The notes under the pieces are model-generated. The model worked only from the letters and a program-made list of their open reading frames with translations, was not told the DNA's origin and made no database searches. Of a DNA stretch of 64,000 nt, positions 1 through 14,400 are shown one piece after another. The stretch covers positions 8,494,001 to 8,558,000 of the forward strand of contig OZ210885.1 of NCBI GenBank assembly GCA_964658305.1, written 5' to 3'. The stretch's first letter is position 1. Every line of letters begins with the position of its first letter. This stretch comes from Leptogorgia sarmentosa. Taxonomy: Eukaryota. The position numbers and the translations under genes were made by a program.

Positions 1-2269
1 GGCAACTGCTTGTCTTGTTTTGCTTAATAAACATTCTGCCACAAATGCGTTACCTGGCTAGCCACATGTACGCTCTGCGTACCTATTTTTAATTGTGTCC
101 TTCTCCGGCGCTGAGCATGCTCTGGCTGTTGCTGGCTTATGTTTTTACACTGCGTTTCACTGCGCTCTACACGACGTTTACAGTTAACCGCTGGTTGGAA
201 GATACGCAGTCGCTGGAATCCTCAAACCAGCTGTTGCAATTATTGTTTGAATATGAACAATTTCTACTTTTGGCGAAGGTTGAGAGGTGCTACTCAAACA
301 GACGTATCTGGTTTTCCCCGGAAATCATTTTACTACAGCTACGTTGTAAAACTGCTGTTCCTGGCATCAAGCACAAAAAGAATTAGTGAACATGGTCCAA
401 TCACACGATACGATGCCGTTTGTAAATTTCATAAACCCACCCTATACCATAGCCACATTGTGGTCAAATATTGTATGCATTGTACAGGGCATCCATACCA
501 GTGGTACTGTTGGTAAAACTTGGTTACAGATCGCTAAAGTTAGAACCGTGAAGCAAGGGTCATGTATGCCAGTGGGCTTCGCTTCAAAATAATGAAAATA
601 TACTTTGTTTTCAAATGTAGTCGATTATATACAAGTTGTAACCTGTTGTACAGTACAACAGGTTACAGGTACGAGTTCAGATAAAATGGTTGAAATGTAC
701 GACGGATTACAAACGAGCTCTCTTTCTCTCCAACACGTTTCCGAAAGTTGAAATACAAATTTTTATAAATCTTTTTTTCACTGAGTATATAAACACCATC
801 TAAAATCCTAATAAACTGATCTTTCGAACGGTGGGTTGCATGCTAGTTAAAACACAACACACAAAAAAAAAAGATTGATCGCCGAAAACGTAAGGCATAT
901 TAGCATCTATCTGATAAAAACAGAGTCCAATATGTTGAATTCCATGTCCTTATTTCTCCTTGAAGCCACATAGTCATGAAACCGATGTAATGTTCTTTTT
1001 TTTTCGCCCCCTCCCCCCCCCCCCCCGCCCCCCCCCCGCCCCCCCCCCGCCCCCCCCCCCCCTCCACCAGGGAGAGAGAGTAGGAGAGAAAGAGTACTTT
1101 TCGTAAGTTATACATTTTTCTAAAATGTATTAACGATTATGCTGCACGAATCTGACGAAATGCTTCTGAATTTCACATATTCGCTACGAAGCACAAGTTG
1201 AATACATACAGTGAATATTTAACTCACTGTGATGACTGCGTCGCTATTTAGAGTGTACTCCCTCTCAAATATGGAACGTTACGTGAAACCCAAGAACTCA
1301 AACGATATGCATCAATCCGCTTCATAAACGTTCTTGTATTAAAATGTGAAGCCTATTTTTTTAGTAAATAGCGATGTACACAGTGGGGTAACTACTAGGG
1401 ACCCAACCTGGCCGGGGGCCCTGGGAAGAGGTTTCTTCAGGGCCGTGGCTTATGTGAAATTCAAATAATTTTAATTGAAACTGAAGATGCAAAAAAGTTC
1501 GAAGTTAACAAAATGTTTCATATCATTCAGTAGCTAGCTGAAACAATTTTGTTGCCTTTTAAATTGTGCTTGGATGTATATTAATAGTTGTATATTACAG
1601 TCGAACTTTTACTGTTGTCATTGTTTCTGCTTTATAGGAACTTATTTTAATGTGCTTCTTTTTTCGGAACGTTTTTGCCTTTTGGGTATAATTGAAGCAG
1701 AAGAGATGTTAAATAGCTATAATATGTTCGATAACAAATAGCAGAATTAATTAAAATGCATATCATATGCAGAATTCAGGAGAATACTTCGTAGAGTTAG
1801 CATAGTAAAAATGTGAAGCTAAGAGGTATAACTACTGAAAGAGGCCATCCACAACAGTTCAACCGAGGGCCGACACTGGAGATTTACGCCGCTGAATTTG
1901 CAACGTAAAATAAACATTTTGTGAACGTTCTTTCAAGTATTTTTATTTGAAGAAAAAATAATTATTTTAATTTAATAAAAGTATTCCAATATTCAATTTG
2001 GTACCGGCGGGGTAACATTTGCGGAGTTGTTTGACAAACATAGTATGAAAAGGATTTAATCTTTTCTCTAATGGCATCGTTGCTGGCGTTCCTTCAGAAC
2101 CGTTAAATCCGTATACGTCAGCAAAATCTTATTTCTTATCGAAACTCGCGCACTTTAATACTAACTTTTAAGCAGAGCGGAAGTCGAGAAAACGTTTATG
2201 CAAATTTTCGTTTACCTATTCTGAACAACATTTTGATATCCTTGTTTGATTTGTGTTTAAGATGCTTAC

Positions 2270-2491
2270 CATCGTCTGTTCCAATAAACACTCGCTGATC
2301 ATCTGCACTGAAATCCAGAGCATTAACTGCACTCTCCCCTTGGAACACAAAAAGCTGTTCATAATTATCCATTGTCCAAAGGATTGTACTTCGGTCCCAC
2401 GACCCTCCAGAGGCTAGTATTGTCCCACTTTGTGACACAGCCAAACACCTAACATCGTCAGAATGTCCCAGTAGTTGTTGAACTTCTCTAC
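2270..2491 (-). CDS. NLR gene exon: WD40 repeats
   Basis: GHSDDVRCLAVSQSGTILASGGSWDRSTILW...AVNALDFSADDQRVFIGTDDG; 222-bp phase 1/1 exon. Confidence 0.85.
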
Positions 2492-5400
2492 CTGTTTATA
2501 AAATAAGATAGCACGTATATAAAAGGGTGTAATAGGTAATTTTCACTCACATCGTTACTACATTGGGAGTATTTTTCAAAACATTGCGGCGATAAAATAA
2601 ATGATTGAGACAAGTAACTACATTAACTAACCCATCAGCTACACTCTGTTTACACCGCTAACTTCCATTTATACTATTACGCCCCTATAGCAACTTAAAC
2701 AGCAATGTAAGCGATAGACAAACACCGAAACGATCTTCAATACTAAAAACAAAATAACTGTAATTTTGCGGAATTTACTGAAGCGTGTTTTACAGGCGTG
2801 TGTTTTCATTCGTTACTTCTTGGGATTTCATAAAAGTATGCCCTCATCTTTGTTGTGCAAGTCCATAAATATAGGTATCGAGCCAACATGAACACTTGGG
2901 TAAGACTCGCTACCGGTCCCTGTTGCCTCGATAACTAAAGTGGTAGAGTAACGGTCAATGCCGAACAGTTTACTGAAACTTATAATATATTTACTAGTGT
3001 TTAAAATTTAGTGGCTGATGTTGGTGGTAGAACAGAAAGTAGATAATTGGAAAGCATGTATGAAGCTATAAACAGGAAATATTGAATTTGTCTGCTTCCA
3101 AAACTGAAAGTTTTGTCAAAAACCGTGGCAGTGGGCTGTAGGTCTAAAAAATTTGGATAATTATCCGTGTAACGAAATGAGATTTGGATGGCGTAATATT
3201 ACACCATTTGCCCTTCATTAAGCGAAAAGAGAATCTCATTAAGATAATCTTGTACCTTCAGCAATACAAGTGCGAATATCAATAACACATTATGTGAAAG
3301 TCACTAAGCATGGAAAGAAATTCAATAGCAACAATTTTCGTGGTCTTGCGTAAAAGTTGAAAAACACAAATCAAAGATCGAAATTCAATAAGAATACAAA
3401 GGATACTCAAAAAAACAAAAGGCTTTTTCGTTTGAATACAAGTGACGTTCAATTAGAGAAAAATGTAAGTTCAATAAGGTTGAATGCAAATATAATACAC
3501 CATTTGCCCTTCATTAAGCGAAAAGAGAATCTCATTGAGATAATCTTGCACCTTCAGCAATTCAAGTCCGAATATCAATAACACATTATGTGAAAGTCAC
3601 TAAGCATGGAAAGAAATTCAATAGCAACAATTTTCGTGTTCATGCGTAAAAGTTGAAATACACAAATCAAAGATGGAAATTCAATAAGAATACAAAGGAT
3701 ATTCAAAAAAACAAAAGCCTCTTTCGTTTGAATACAAGTGACGTTCAATTAGAGAAAAATGTAAGTTCAATAAGGTTGAATGCAAATATAATACACTCAA
3801 GGGAAAGCAGTGTGTAACAGGGGACGCGTAAATGAATTTTGCTGCTGGGTTACTTCATTTGCATTGGGAACGTTGGTTTACAATCGTCGCTTGTGAAATC
3901 AGCTTTAGACATTTTTGTGAGTTTGTTGTGCGTTGCATTCCACGAGGTCTTGCAAGGGAAAACATTAATGGTTAAGCGGGTGTATACTGCTACGTGTAAT
4001 ATAATTGTGTGTAGTGTAATGTGTAGAGAGCGAGTATTGAGTAAATTTAGACTCAAACCACATTGCTTATTATGTGCCGCTTTTTTGAACTTACATTTTT
4101 ATGTTATTGAACATTCCTTGTATTCAAACGAAAGAGCCTTTTGTTTTTTTTGAATATCCTTTGTATTCTTATTGAATTTCAATCTTTGATTTGTGTATTT
4201 CAACTTTTACGCATGAACACGAAAATTGTTGCTATTGAATTTCTTTCCATTCTTAGTGACTTTCACATAATGTGTTATTGATATTCGCACTTGTATTGCT
4301 GAAGGTGCAAGATTATCTTAATGAGATTCACTTGTCGCTTAATGAAGAGCAAATGGTGTATACTCAAGGGAAAGCAGTGTGTAACAGGGGACGCGTAAAT
4401 GAATTTTGCTGCTGGGTTACTTCATTTGCATTGGGAACGTTGGTTTACAATCGTCGCTTGTGAAATCAGCTTTAGACATTTTTGTGAGTTTGTTGTGCGT
4501 TGCATTCCACGATGTCTTGCAAGGGAAAACATTAATGGTTAAGCGGGTGTATACTGCTACGTGTAACATAATTGTGTGTAGTGTAATGTGTAGAGAGCGA
4601 GTATTGAGTAAATTTAGACTCAAACCACATTGCATATTATGTGCCGCTTTTTTGAACTTACATTTTTATGTTATTGAACATTCCCTGTATTAACGTGAAA
4701 ACGTCTTTTGTTTTTTTGAATATCCCTTGTATTTTTATTGAATTTCCATCTTTGATTTGTGTTTTTCAACTTTTACGCATGACCACGAAAATTGTTGCTA
4801 TTGAATTTCTTTCCATGCTTAGTGACTTTCACATAATGTGTTATTCATATTCGCACTTGTATTGCTGAAGGTGCAAGATTATCTTAATGAGATTCTCTTG
4901 TCGCTTAATGAAGGGCAAATGGTGTATTAATACTTACTTATTTGCGCGAAATATGACGCGTGTATACAGTGGTTTATTTTTATTTTATCAAACTGTAACT
5001 ATCACCAGACTTTTCTGCCATTCCTAATAGAAAGACAACTGCATTGTGGATAAGTTCAAAAATGGTGTCATACCAATTTTGTAGCAGAGGATTAGGGACT
5101 TTTAGAGGAGAGGATTATTAAGATCTACTACGTGACCAACTCGACGACGAGCTTTCCGAACAAACAAATTTTTATGCTGAACAAAAAAAAACAAGCATAA
5201 ATTGTGGTATCAACGGCTTTGTTGTTATCAACGCAACGTTAACCTAAGTATTATAACGTCTTCAAAGCAACGTGAAGACTAATTACAACGTGAGAGCTGT
5301 AAATTCAAGTTGACTCGGCAGCAACGATCGCATTGCTTTAGCTGAACCTGTGTAGCTGTTTCTTGAAAAAATTCCAACATCTATATTTAAAGCATAAAAA

Positions 5401-8400
5401 GGTCAGCACTCATTTTCAAGCTGAAATTTAGACCCCGTCGTCGAGTTTGTGGCGTTTTACATCTTAAGGTCCCTACTATCAATTATTGGACGACGTCGCA
5501 CGAAATACCGCGAGTTATCGTTGGCGAGCGGATCAATTATTTGCCGATTCCGAGAAGCACGTAAGTAATATGAGAACAACCGATATATAACTGAAGCAAA
5601 GCATATAGCCACATTAACTAGAGTGATACGAAGCATAATGGGACGAGCCCTGAGGCCAGTGGCCAGTGAGCTCCATGAGATTATAGCGCCGTAAATTTCC
5701 GATGTAATCAACTACTGTACATGTGACAGCAGGTAAGTTAAACATGTATTTTATTAAACTTTTTATCTAGTTAATTCATTATCAGCACTAACAAAAAGAA
5801 TTGAAGCTGAAGGCTAGTACAACGTTTCTTGACAAGGGGTGATTTTGCACTGCAAAGTTTTGTTAATAATAATAACGTCACCCGAGTGGCTTTGCGAAAT
5901 TGAGAGCGATTTCAAATTTGCTCAGTTTTTTATACACGTATATCGCGCAGCCGCTCAACTTGCATAACTCAGAACTGATGATTCTTTCAAATGTGAGTGA
6001 GGATATGGTTGCACATATAATTACAATTACAAGCAGAGGCGGCATTGAATGTGTGTTTTATCCCTTTTCCGGACTGACGATCGGTCAAAAGAAAAAAAAA
6101 CTATTGAAAACCCCAAACCTTGCCATTAGTTTTATCCATAGTACGTTACCACACGGTTACCTACCTGTGTCAAGGTCAAAGATTGTGATTGAACCATTCA
6201 TTAAACCACAAAGGACAAGAGTAGCGGATGAGGTATTGGACGTCGCTAATGAGCATACTTCTAAATCAAACGTTTTTCGAAAGATTTCAGGGCCACCAAG
6301 ATCTAAACATGAGAATTCCGGTATAAGACGGCAAGTCTCCGTGCATGTTGCACGGAGTTGCTCTAATAGCGTCTTTATCCCCGGATACTCTTCATTTGAT
6401 AGCAGTCTGCCTGTAAAACAAAATTACACAACATTATTAACGTACGTAACAAAATCATAACATTTAAAATAGCTATATAAAGATTAAGACATTTTTTTGA
6501 CTGGGAAAAATTAAAATTGAACAACTAACGGGCCTATCTGATTATACTATATATATCTGTTTCTTGATTATTAACACAATAGGTTCTTAAAATTAATCAT
6601 ATGAGTCCCTTTCTAATTTGTAAAGGAAGTTTTCCATTGTTTTAACAAAATTTTCGTTCCCCTTTAGTGACTTTCATATAAAGGAGACATAAAGTAGATA
6701 ATATCAAAGTTTGAAAATGAGACACTGAAAAAACGTTTTTGAAAACTTTGCAACTGTTGAAATGATGTTTTATTCTGTTTTATATTGTGACAGTAAAACG
6801 AAAAGTAATTTATTTTATGATAACGGAACGAGTATTTATGAAATGATTTATTTCCACATATGTTAAACTGACAAGGGTTAATTCTGCTATATACCAGCAG
6901 TTGTCATGCTTAGTTGCTAGTTACAATTATTGACATCAGAACCAACGATTAACAGAGTATAGCATGCATGTGTTCTTGATTAAGTTAGCAATGTTCTTTA
7001 CGACGGGAAGGATATGCAACATGTGCGGTTATGCATAAAGTCCATAAATATCGAATTCAGCTCTGGGAAGAATAATCCTTCTTTGGTCATGTCTTCAAAA
7101 AATCTTGGAATTTTTCATTGTATATAGTCATTTTCGGGAAGTTGAGATCACATACATATTTACGATCGTGCTATAGTTCTCTTATCTAATCATTGGTGGC
7201 TGACAGTTGATAGTTGAAGTACAGATGAAATACTGCATAACAGGTAGCCTTATAGCTTTTATATACTGCTGTTCTGATTGATTTAGCTTCTTAGAAAATT
7301 CAACAAAATTAATGTCATGGTTTCATCTGCCTTTGTAAATTTACGAGATCAGTTAAATAATCTGAGTCAGCTCTACATGAAACATAACTATCGACAAACT
7401 CAGCAATATCTTCATCACTATATATCTTTACGATACTCAGGAGCATTTTTTATCCCGAATAAGCCGTGGATAAGTGGAGAACCTCTTTCCGGAAATTCAA
7501 CGCGATAGAAGAAGTCAACAACTTCTCCAACTGGATGACTTGAGCTTTTAACGAAGTTGTGAATGAATAATTGTACCATATGTCAAAAATTTCTTGCATA
7601 TGTGACTAGATCTTTCTGTATCAGTTCAGATTTCTTCTGCAATGTCATTTGTTTAATTTCGTCGTTAGTAGAATCTTTATTGTCTATAAGACGACCAAGA
7701 ATTTAGGTCAAATGAATCCACTGTGTTTCAGCTGCTGAAAATGAACAGAACCACGTATAGCATTACCAAGCTGACGAATCATGGCAAATAGATCTTTTTT
7801 ACACCTTTCAAAGTATGGAGGTAATCCGCGTAAAAAACTCCAAATCCTTCATCCAAATTTATTAACTTGTTGACACAACTTTCTGATTTTAAAATTTTAA
7901 CTTTAGTTTTACAGTTACGCAATGATAACTTGCACTTCCTTGAAATTCCCTGATCTGTAGTTTCTTTAGTTCGTTAAAAATGTTTGGGACAGACTGCGCG
8001 AGTCTTCTATCTTTGCTTCGCAATTACCATTTACATATAGTGCTATAATGAACAAGCATTCCTTCTCCTGGTGCAAAACTTATTATTCTGTCACCATCTT
8101 GGGTAATATCGGTTTCTTGTAATAATGTATCCATAAGACCTGATGACCGTTCAGTCGCTGCACACCACTCATCATCTGTATCATCATCAATCAAGTCATT
8201 CTCTCAACTACTTCTTGACCGTGAGCGTTCACATTTTCTCAAGTGTTCATTCCATCCATGGAAGTAATTTCCGACCACTCCTCTTCATTATTATCCACTT
8301 GATTTGATACATAGCTGTCCATTACTTGTATTCCTTCGTTTTTAAATAATTCACTGGTACGAACGAAGAATTGAGCTGGTTCTGAAGTTTTACTAATAGC

Positions 8401-11400
8401 ATTCTGAAAATGATAATGTTGCAAATACTAATACCTTTGAAGACGTGAGGTTGGGCGTGGTTAAAACGTGAGACGTATTCAATACTTCATATAAGCATTC
8501 ATGACTATCTCGCATTCCGGAATTCACGCGATCATATCAAATTGCATAAGGAGTTGATGTCGACATATGATATCGCAAGTCATTGGGTCTTTAAAATAGA
8601 GACAGCGCTTTGCGATTGTTTGTGAAAAATGTGGCTTTCTAAAAACCAAATTTACTCTTTTCAAAACCATATTTTAATAATATATTTATTTATAATATAA
8701 GTAGGGTAAAATCTGCAACGTGATTGGCTAATGAGCGTGCATTATCACAGCGTAATGCACGCATCTAGCTATTAAAATTCTCCCGCGATTCTTTGGTTTG
8801 ACAAAAAGACAATAAAAATACATATATTCTAAAAATACATCCATAAAAAACGCTTGAATTGTTTGCTTTCGCTCAGCTAAAGGAATAAAGCTGTGTTGCT
8901 GCTTGGCAACATTTGAGAACACGCTTGATTACATGTAAAGAGAATTGTAATTTTGATCTTCCTAACGAAGTTTTTTGTTGCGCTAATATTCTCTTATATT
9001 ATAAAAGAAATAGAAAAACTCGTCGCGTGCCATTATGCTGTTATAATTGTACTCGGGCAATGTTGTGAGAATACTCGAGAATCGCGTAAAACACTCGGCT
9101 ACGCCTCGTGTTTTACGCGATTCTCTCGTATTCTCCCAACATTTCCCTCGTGCATTATAACAGCATAATGGCACGCGACTCGTTATCTATTTCTTAAATA
9201 CACTATGTTCTGTCCATTCATGCAGCATTTGCCTGGACGCTAAAGTGTATGATCGGTATGTGCGTAGGTTCAAAACAGAATACTTGAAACTATATATGAT
9301 TTCGTTTGTTTTGTCTCGCGCTTAATAAACGCATAAATCCATTTTATTACATGCTACAAAATCTATTTTCCTGGGATTGAGACTTTCAACCATTCTGTGC
9401 AGCAAATTGATACCCTTGTCGTGAAAAGGGTATCAATTTTAACTGATTTTGTCTGCGTAATACTTAAAACTTCACAGGGGTATATTTCTCGCATTTTACA
9501 CTATTTCGCAACCAAACTCTGCAATCTTACTAACTTTGGAATGCTCTTTTACGCTGTTATTTTGAATTGTATATTATTTCGAGGTTTTTGAAGATTTTCT
9601 CTATTACGTAAGCGGTCCATTGACGCCCTTTTTACAATGCCAGAAAGCATAAAACATCGCTTCGCAAAACAAAAGTAGAAAGACTGTTAAAGTTCTGTGA
9701 ATTCGCAAAGCACCGATCTCATGCTTAACACCAAAAAATACTTTACTCCAATACAACAGAACGTTACCTACAGTTTTGTAAATTCTTAATATTATTGATT
9801 ATTTAATGTCTCACTGAATTTGATTCCAATCTCCAATAGTATATGGTGTGGGTGAATGACAGTGACTGTGAAAATTGACCGATCGCATGCATACTTTGTG
9901 TGAATCATGGGCGTGAATTACCCATCGAGACGCATCATATGTAAGAACCGCGTATACATACGAACTAGCTGGTTAACAACAGAGAATCTTTGTTTTCGGA
10001 TAGCATGCCTAATGGAGTATTTATAAAGATAGGCATAACATTCATGAAGTAATACTTCGCGTTATATAGTGTGGTAACGACCCAAAACAATTGCCATTCA
10101 TCTACATGCAAGCGTACTTGGGCAGTGGTGGTAGCCGTTTCGACGTATCGAGCAAAGACCCTTAGTCGTTAATTAGTAGTGGGGTCGGGGGAAAGCACAA
10201 GGGTTTTTATATTAGTGAATATATGGAAACCAAGTAAAAACCAATCGGATGGATTTGATACACCAGTTTTCGAAAGCCTTCTCCAGAAATGCGGAATCTT
10301 ATCGTATCGTGTAGGCAGTGAAACAAAATTTAGCAAAGAAAGAAAGTAATTACCTAACAGCTGTGGACCAATAGAATGCAAATTCTTCTCGATAACCGTC
10401 GAAGACAGCATCAACGACGTCTTGAGCAGTTCGATTTCTTTCGAGGGCTGATCCAGAAAACGAAAATCTGATATTAAGGAGGGGAGATCGAATTGATTCA
10501 CCTTTTCATGAAGCCAGATAAAATTGAAGAACAGTTTATGTAGTTCATCAAATTGCTTGGAGGAGTGGAGGTGATAGGTCAGATACTTGAAATAATAATC
10601 CTTGTTGCCTTCAAATTTTCCCCAATCACCGTTCTCGCAATGACCACGAAGTGCCTCCACGAACAAACACTGGACATAACTTAGTTGGCCTCCTAGTTTT
10701 GCACGTGCAAAACCCAAAAGGAGATCGTGGAGACGATAGCTCTTCTTTCCATGGATACCAGATCCTGAAAATTATATTCAGACCATTCACTTTGAGTATT
10801 CTTTGTTGCAGGACAGGACAGCCGTCTGGGGCCGCAGGCAGGCTATAGTACAACAATTTTTCGGATTTAGCATACCCCAGGGAGATGGAAGTATTTTCCC
10901 TTCAAGTCGATTAGTTGCTCATCTAGGAATGTCAGTGGAAAACACTGAAAATATTGGGCAAATGAACGGGCAAATTTGGCTTGCCCACATACGGAATTAA
11001 TTTTGCGAACGTAATTACGATTATAGCTGAAAATTTATTTTTCTATTTGACATTGGTTCGATGAAATGTTCAGCCTAACAACTTGTTGACAGTTAATATA
11101 AAGTTTTGGCAAAGGAGCTGAATTCGTGAATTTCATTTGATTATGGTGCAGGAAGCAACAGACAAATTTAGCGATCGCAAAAGTTTAAAAATAATACAAC
11201 AAACACAAAGCTATCATCACAGTTGGGAACAGCGTGCTGAAGATAATATGTATGCAAAGTTTGAAGAATAAAAATCATAAAATGGGGAAATTGTGCCCAT
11301 TCAAATTTGGCACAATTTACATACTATTTATAACGCAGAAGTGATTTAATTAACACTTATTGGCTGGGCCCAAGGGAAACAGTGTGTTTTGTGGACCCGA

Positions 11401-14400
11401 GACCGTCGATGTTTCCCGAGGCGAAGCCGAGGGAAACATCGATGGTCGAGGGTCCACAAAACACACTGGTTTCCCGAGGGCCCAGTAAATAAGTGCTTTA
11501 GCAGGTCGTCCAAAGGTCGCGTCTTCACGTGATGGCGCACGTGATTTTTTGTTGTTGTTCACCGGTGAATAACGTATTATCTCCCTCCCTTGCTGATGTG
11601 AGGTAGACAGTTTAATTTCGTCACTCTCACGTGATACGCTCTCGACCAATGAAACACAAGAAAAGAGAAACTTTGACGATTGGTATATAATAATTATCAC
11701 TTATTTACTGAGACCAAGGGAAACATTGTGTTTTGTGGCCCCGAGACTGCCGTTGTTGCCCGAGGCGAAGCCGAGGGCAACAATGGCGGTCGAGGGACCA
11801 CAAAACACAATTTTTTCTCGAGGTTTCAGTAAATAAGTGTTTTGTTGTATAGTTTAGTGTCAAAATATGAATGAATTCACCGGTTTAATACTGGAGTTAA
11901 CTTTGAAACCAAAAAAACAGACATTAAATGGGACGCCTTACGCCGTACATGTTCAATAAATTTCAAAACATCGTACGATTGAATGAACTTTGGACTTCAC
12001 GGTTGACGCGCATGCGCATTATGCCCATTTAATTGTTGCCCGGTCAATAATTTTTTGATTTTTGACCGGTTGCGAACATGACGTTATGTGGACCGGCACG
12101 TGATACGGTTTTGTCCAATCAGCAAACAGGAACTTTTGATTCCAACTATATAACAATAACCATTATCGTCTGAAATGGATATAATTTTGTTCGCACTGAT
12201 ACAATGTACACACAATAAGCGAACTGTGTCTGGCAATGATATTCCCATTTTATGATAATTCTTCTACTTTGCAGTTATAGTAATTGTTGCATGCTGTTTC
12301 CAACTGTGGCGATAGATTTTTGTTCATCTTCATTTACCTTTTTGAATCATCGACTTCTTTTCGAGCTCATCAAGTATACGTCTTCCATCACGACGGCTGC
12401 ACGAAGTTCTTCCGGCTACTTTGGAAGACCAAAACGGCTCAAGAATGTCTGATGGTACATCCGTATCTTCTGGAAATAAAGCGAAATGTAGAAACTTTTC
12501 TCGTATTTCTTCGTCCAAATGTTGAAAGCTGGCGTTAATGGCTGTTAAGACGTTATCGTAAGGATAAGCGTTGGCGGGATATATTGAACGTAATTTTACC
12601 AAGTCCGCTGTTTTGAGGTCATTTAAAACGTCCTCCCAGTCTTGTTCGTCGCGAGTGTCGGCTAAACTTGAACCCACTAGGGACAGAGCTAGCGGTAGAT
12701 CGCCGCAGTGGTTTAACAGTTCCTCTATAATTTGCCACATGTTTGAACTAAACTTAGACTGCTCGTCCGCGGTGACTCGGGCAGTTTGATACAAGAGCTT
12801 GTAAGAATCATGCCGTTTTAAAAATTTCAGTGTGTACAGAGCAGAACCTTGTAAACCGCGGACAACTTCAGAATTCCTTGTAGTTATTAATAATTGGCAT
12901 TTTCCAGAGAGATGATCAAATACAGAAGCGTGGTTTACATTCCAAACATCATCAAGAATCACCAAGCAATCTTTGTCACTCTGCAATACATAGGAATCTA
13001 CTTTATCGCATCTGTTGATACTTTTCGAGTTGTCTTCTGAAAGGGTAAAATTGACTGGCTTAAATTAATTTAACGTGGCTTCTGATTCAGAAGGACGACC
13101 CTCACCAACTCTCATGACAGAAACGTGGTAAAGGAATCGGGATCAATGAAAGTTTATACTAGAAAATAGAAGTACATATATGCAGCAACCCCTCGCTTTA
13201 TAGGACTAAAACTTGAATTTTCTGCGAAATACTACATTTACTTACATAAAACGTTTTAAATATTATTCAAGTCAGTCTTTGATATGAAACAATTTTCAGC
13301 CAGTGTTCACTCGTGTTCTTTTAGGATAAAATTTGTAAATATTTTGGGAAGTTTCGCTTTTAAAAACATGAACATGGAATTGAATCGTGAGTAGATTAAA
13401 TGCGGCTACGGCGACCTTAAGTCTTAAGGTCTGATTCCACGACGGCGAAATCTTTCGCGAGAAACTGTGTCTGCGAAATGCGGATGGTTGCACATGAACG
13501 ATTCTATTGAATTCTCCCACATTTTTCGCTTTCGCAGTGAATAGAACTGACTTCTACTCCCTGGCGAAGCGAAATTTTTTCTCGAGAAATCATATTTGCC
13601 TCTATGACGCATGCGTGCAATTATTTCGCGCGAAAATTTTCGCATTTTGCCAAGAAATGTCGCCCGTGGAATCAGGCCTTTACAGCGTAGATCTTGTCTT
13701 TGTTTTCGCCTTTCCAAAAGCTTTAAAAAGGTTCGGCTCTTCATGATAGTCCGCCATATTTTTGAGATCAGTGATGATCATTCACGATATCCCAAAACGG
13801 CGGCCAAACTGAGGAACTTCAGACTCTGCATGCTGTCGTTTATCCGGGTGTAAATAGCCGTGCGGAATTATTACGCTTGCCCCGCGCTTACGGCCGGACA
13901 TAACGGGGATAAAGTAAATTAGCACTACGGGTCTCTTTTGAGAACGGTTTTCTTTTGAGAACGGTTTTCTTCTGAGAACGTTGAAAATTTTCAACCAGAG
14001 AACGTCTTAAAATTCACTATGTTCAATCCTAATCGCATGTCAAACATTTTTAAGCGTTTTTCTTGTTACATCGTGGCAATGAGTATTATATAAACACTAG
14101 GAAAGGCGCACATACCGTATTTGCTTTTATCCAGCCTTGCGCGGCACGGATATCAGGGAACGTTATTTCTCCACCAATGTCTTTTATGAGGAGGTTAATC
14201 AGCGCTAGACAGTCTGGAGTTTCCCCAATGTCAAGCCATATTACCTGACGAGATTCTTTGGCAGCCCAAGCAACGGCCAGAGCTAAGATGGTCTTACCCA
14301 GACCTCCCATACCACGGATACCAACGACGTCGCCCCCACGATTCCCAACCACACCAACTCTACTATTTCCATCCGCAAGTAACCTTAATATGTCGTTCAC

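Noticed and set aside
93..592. Short ORFs or next NLR exon near window start
   Set aside because: The candidate acceptor near 534 leads to a stop with no WD40 pattern; no supported product.
1006..1066. Poly-C tract and Gly-rich ORF 900..1115
   Set aside because: Low-complexity run, possibly a sequencing artefact; no coding evidence.
3357..4868. Duplicated short ORFs
   Set aside because: They arise from the duplicated MITE sequence.
5900..6460. 186-aa plus-strand ORF
   Set aside because: Antisense shadow of the minus-strand NLR exon 6165-6410.
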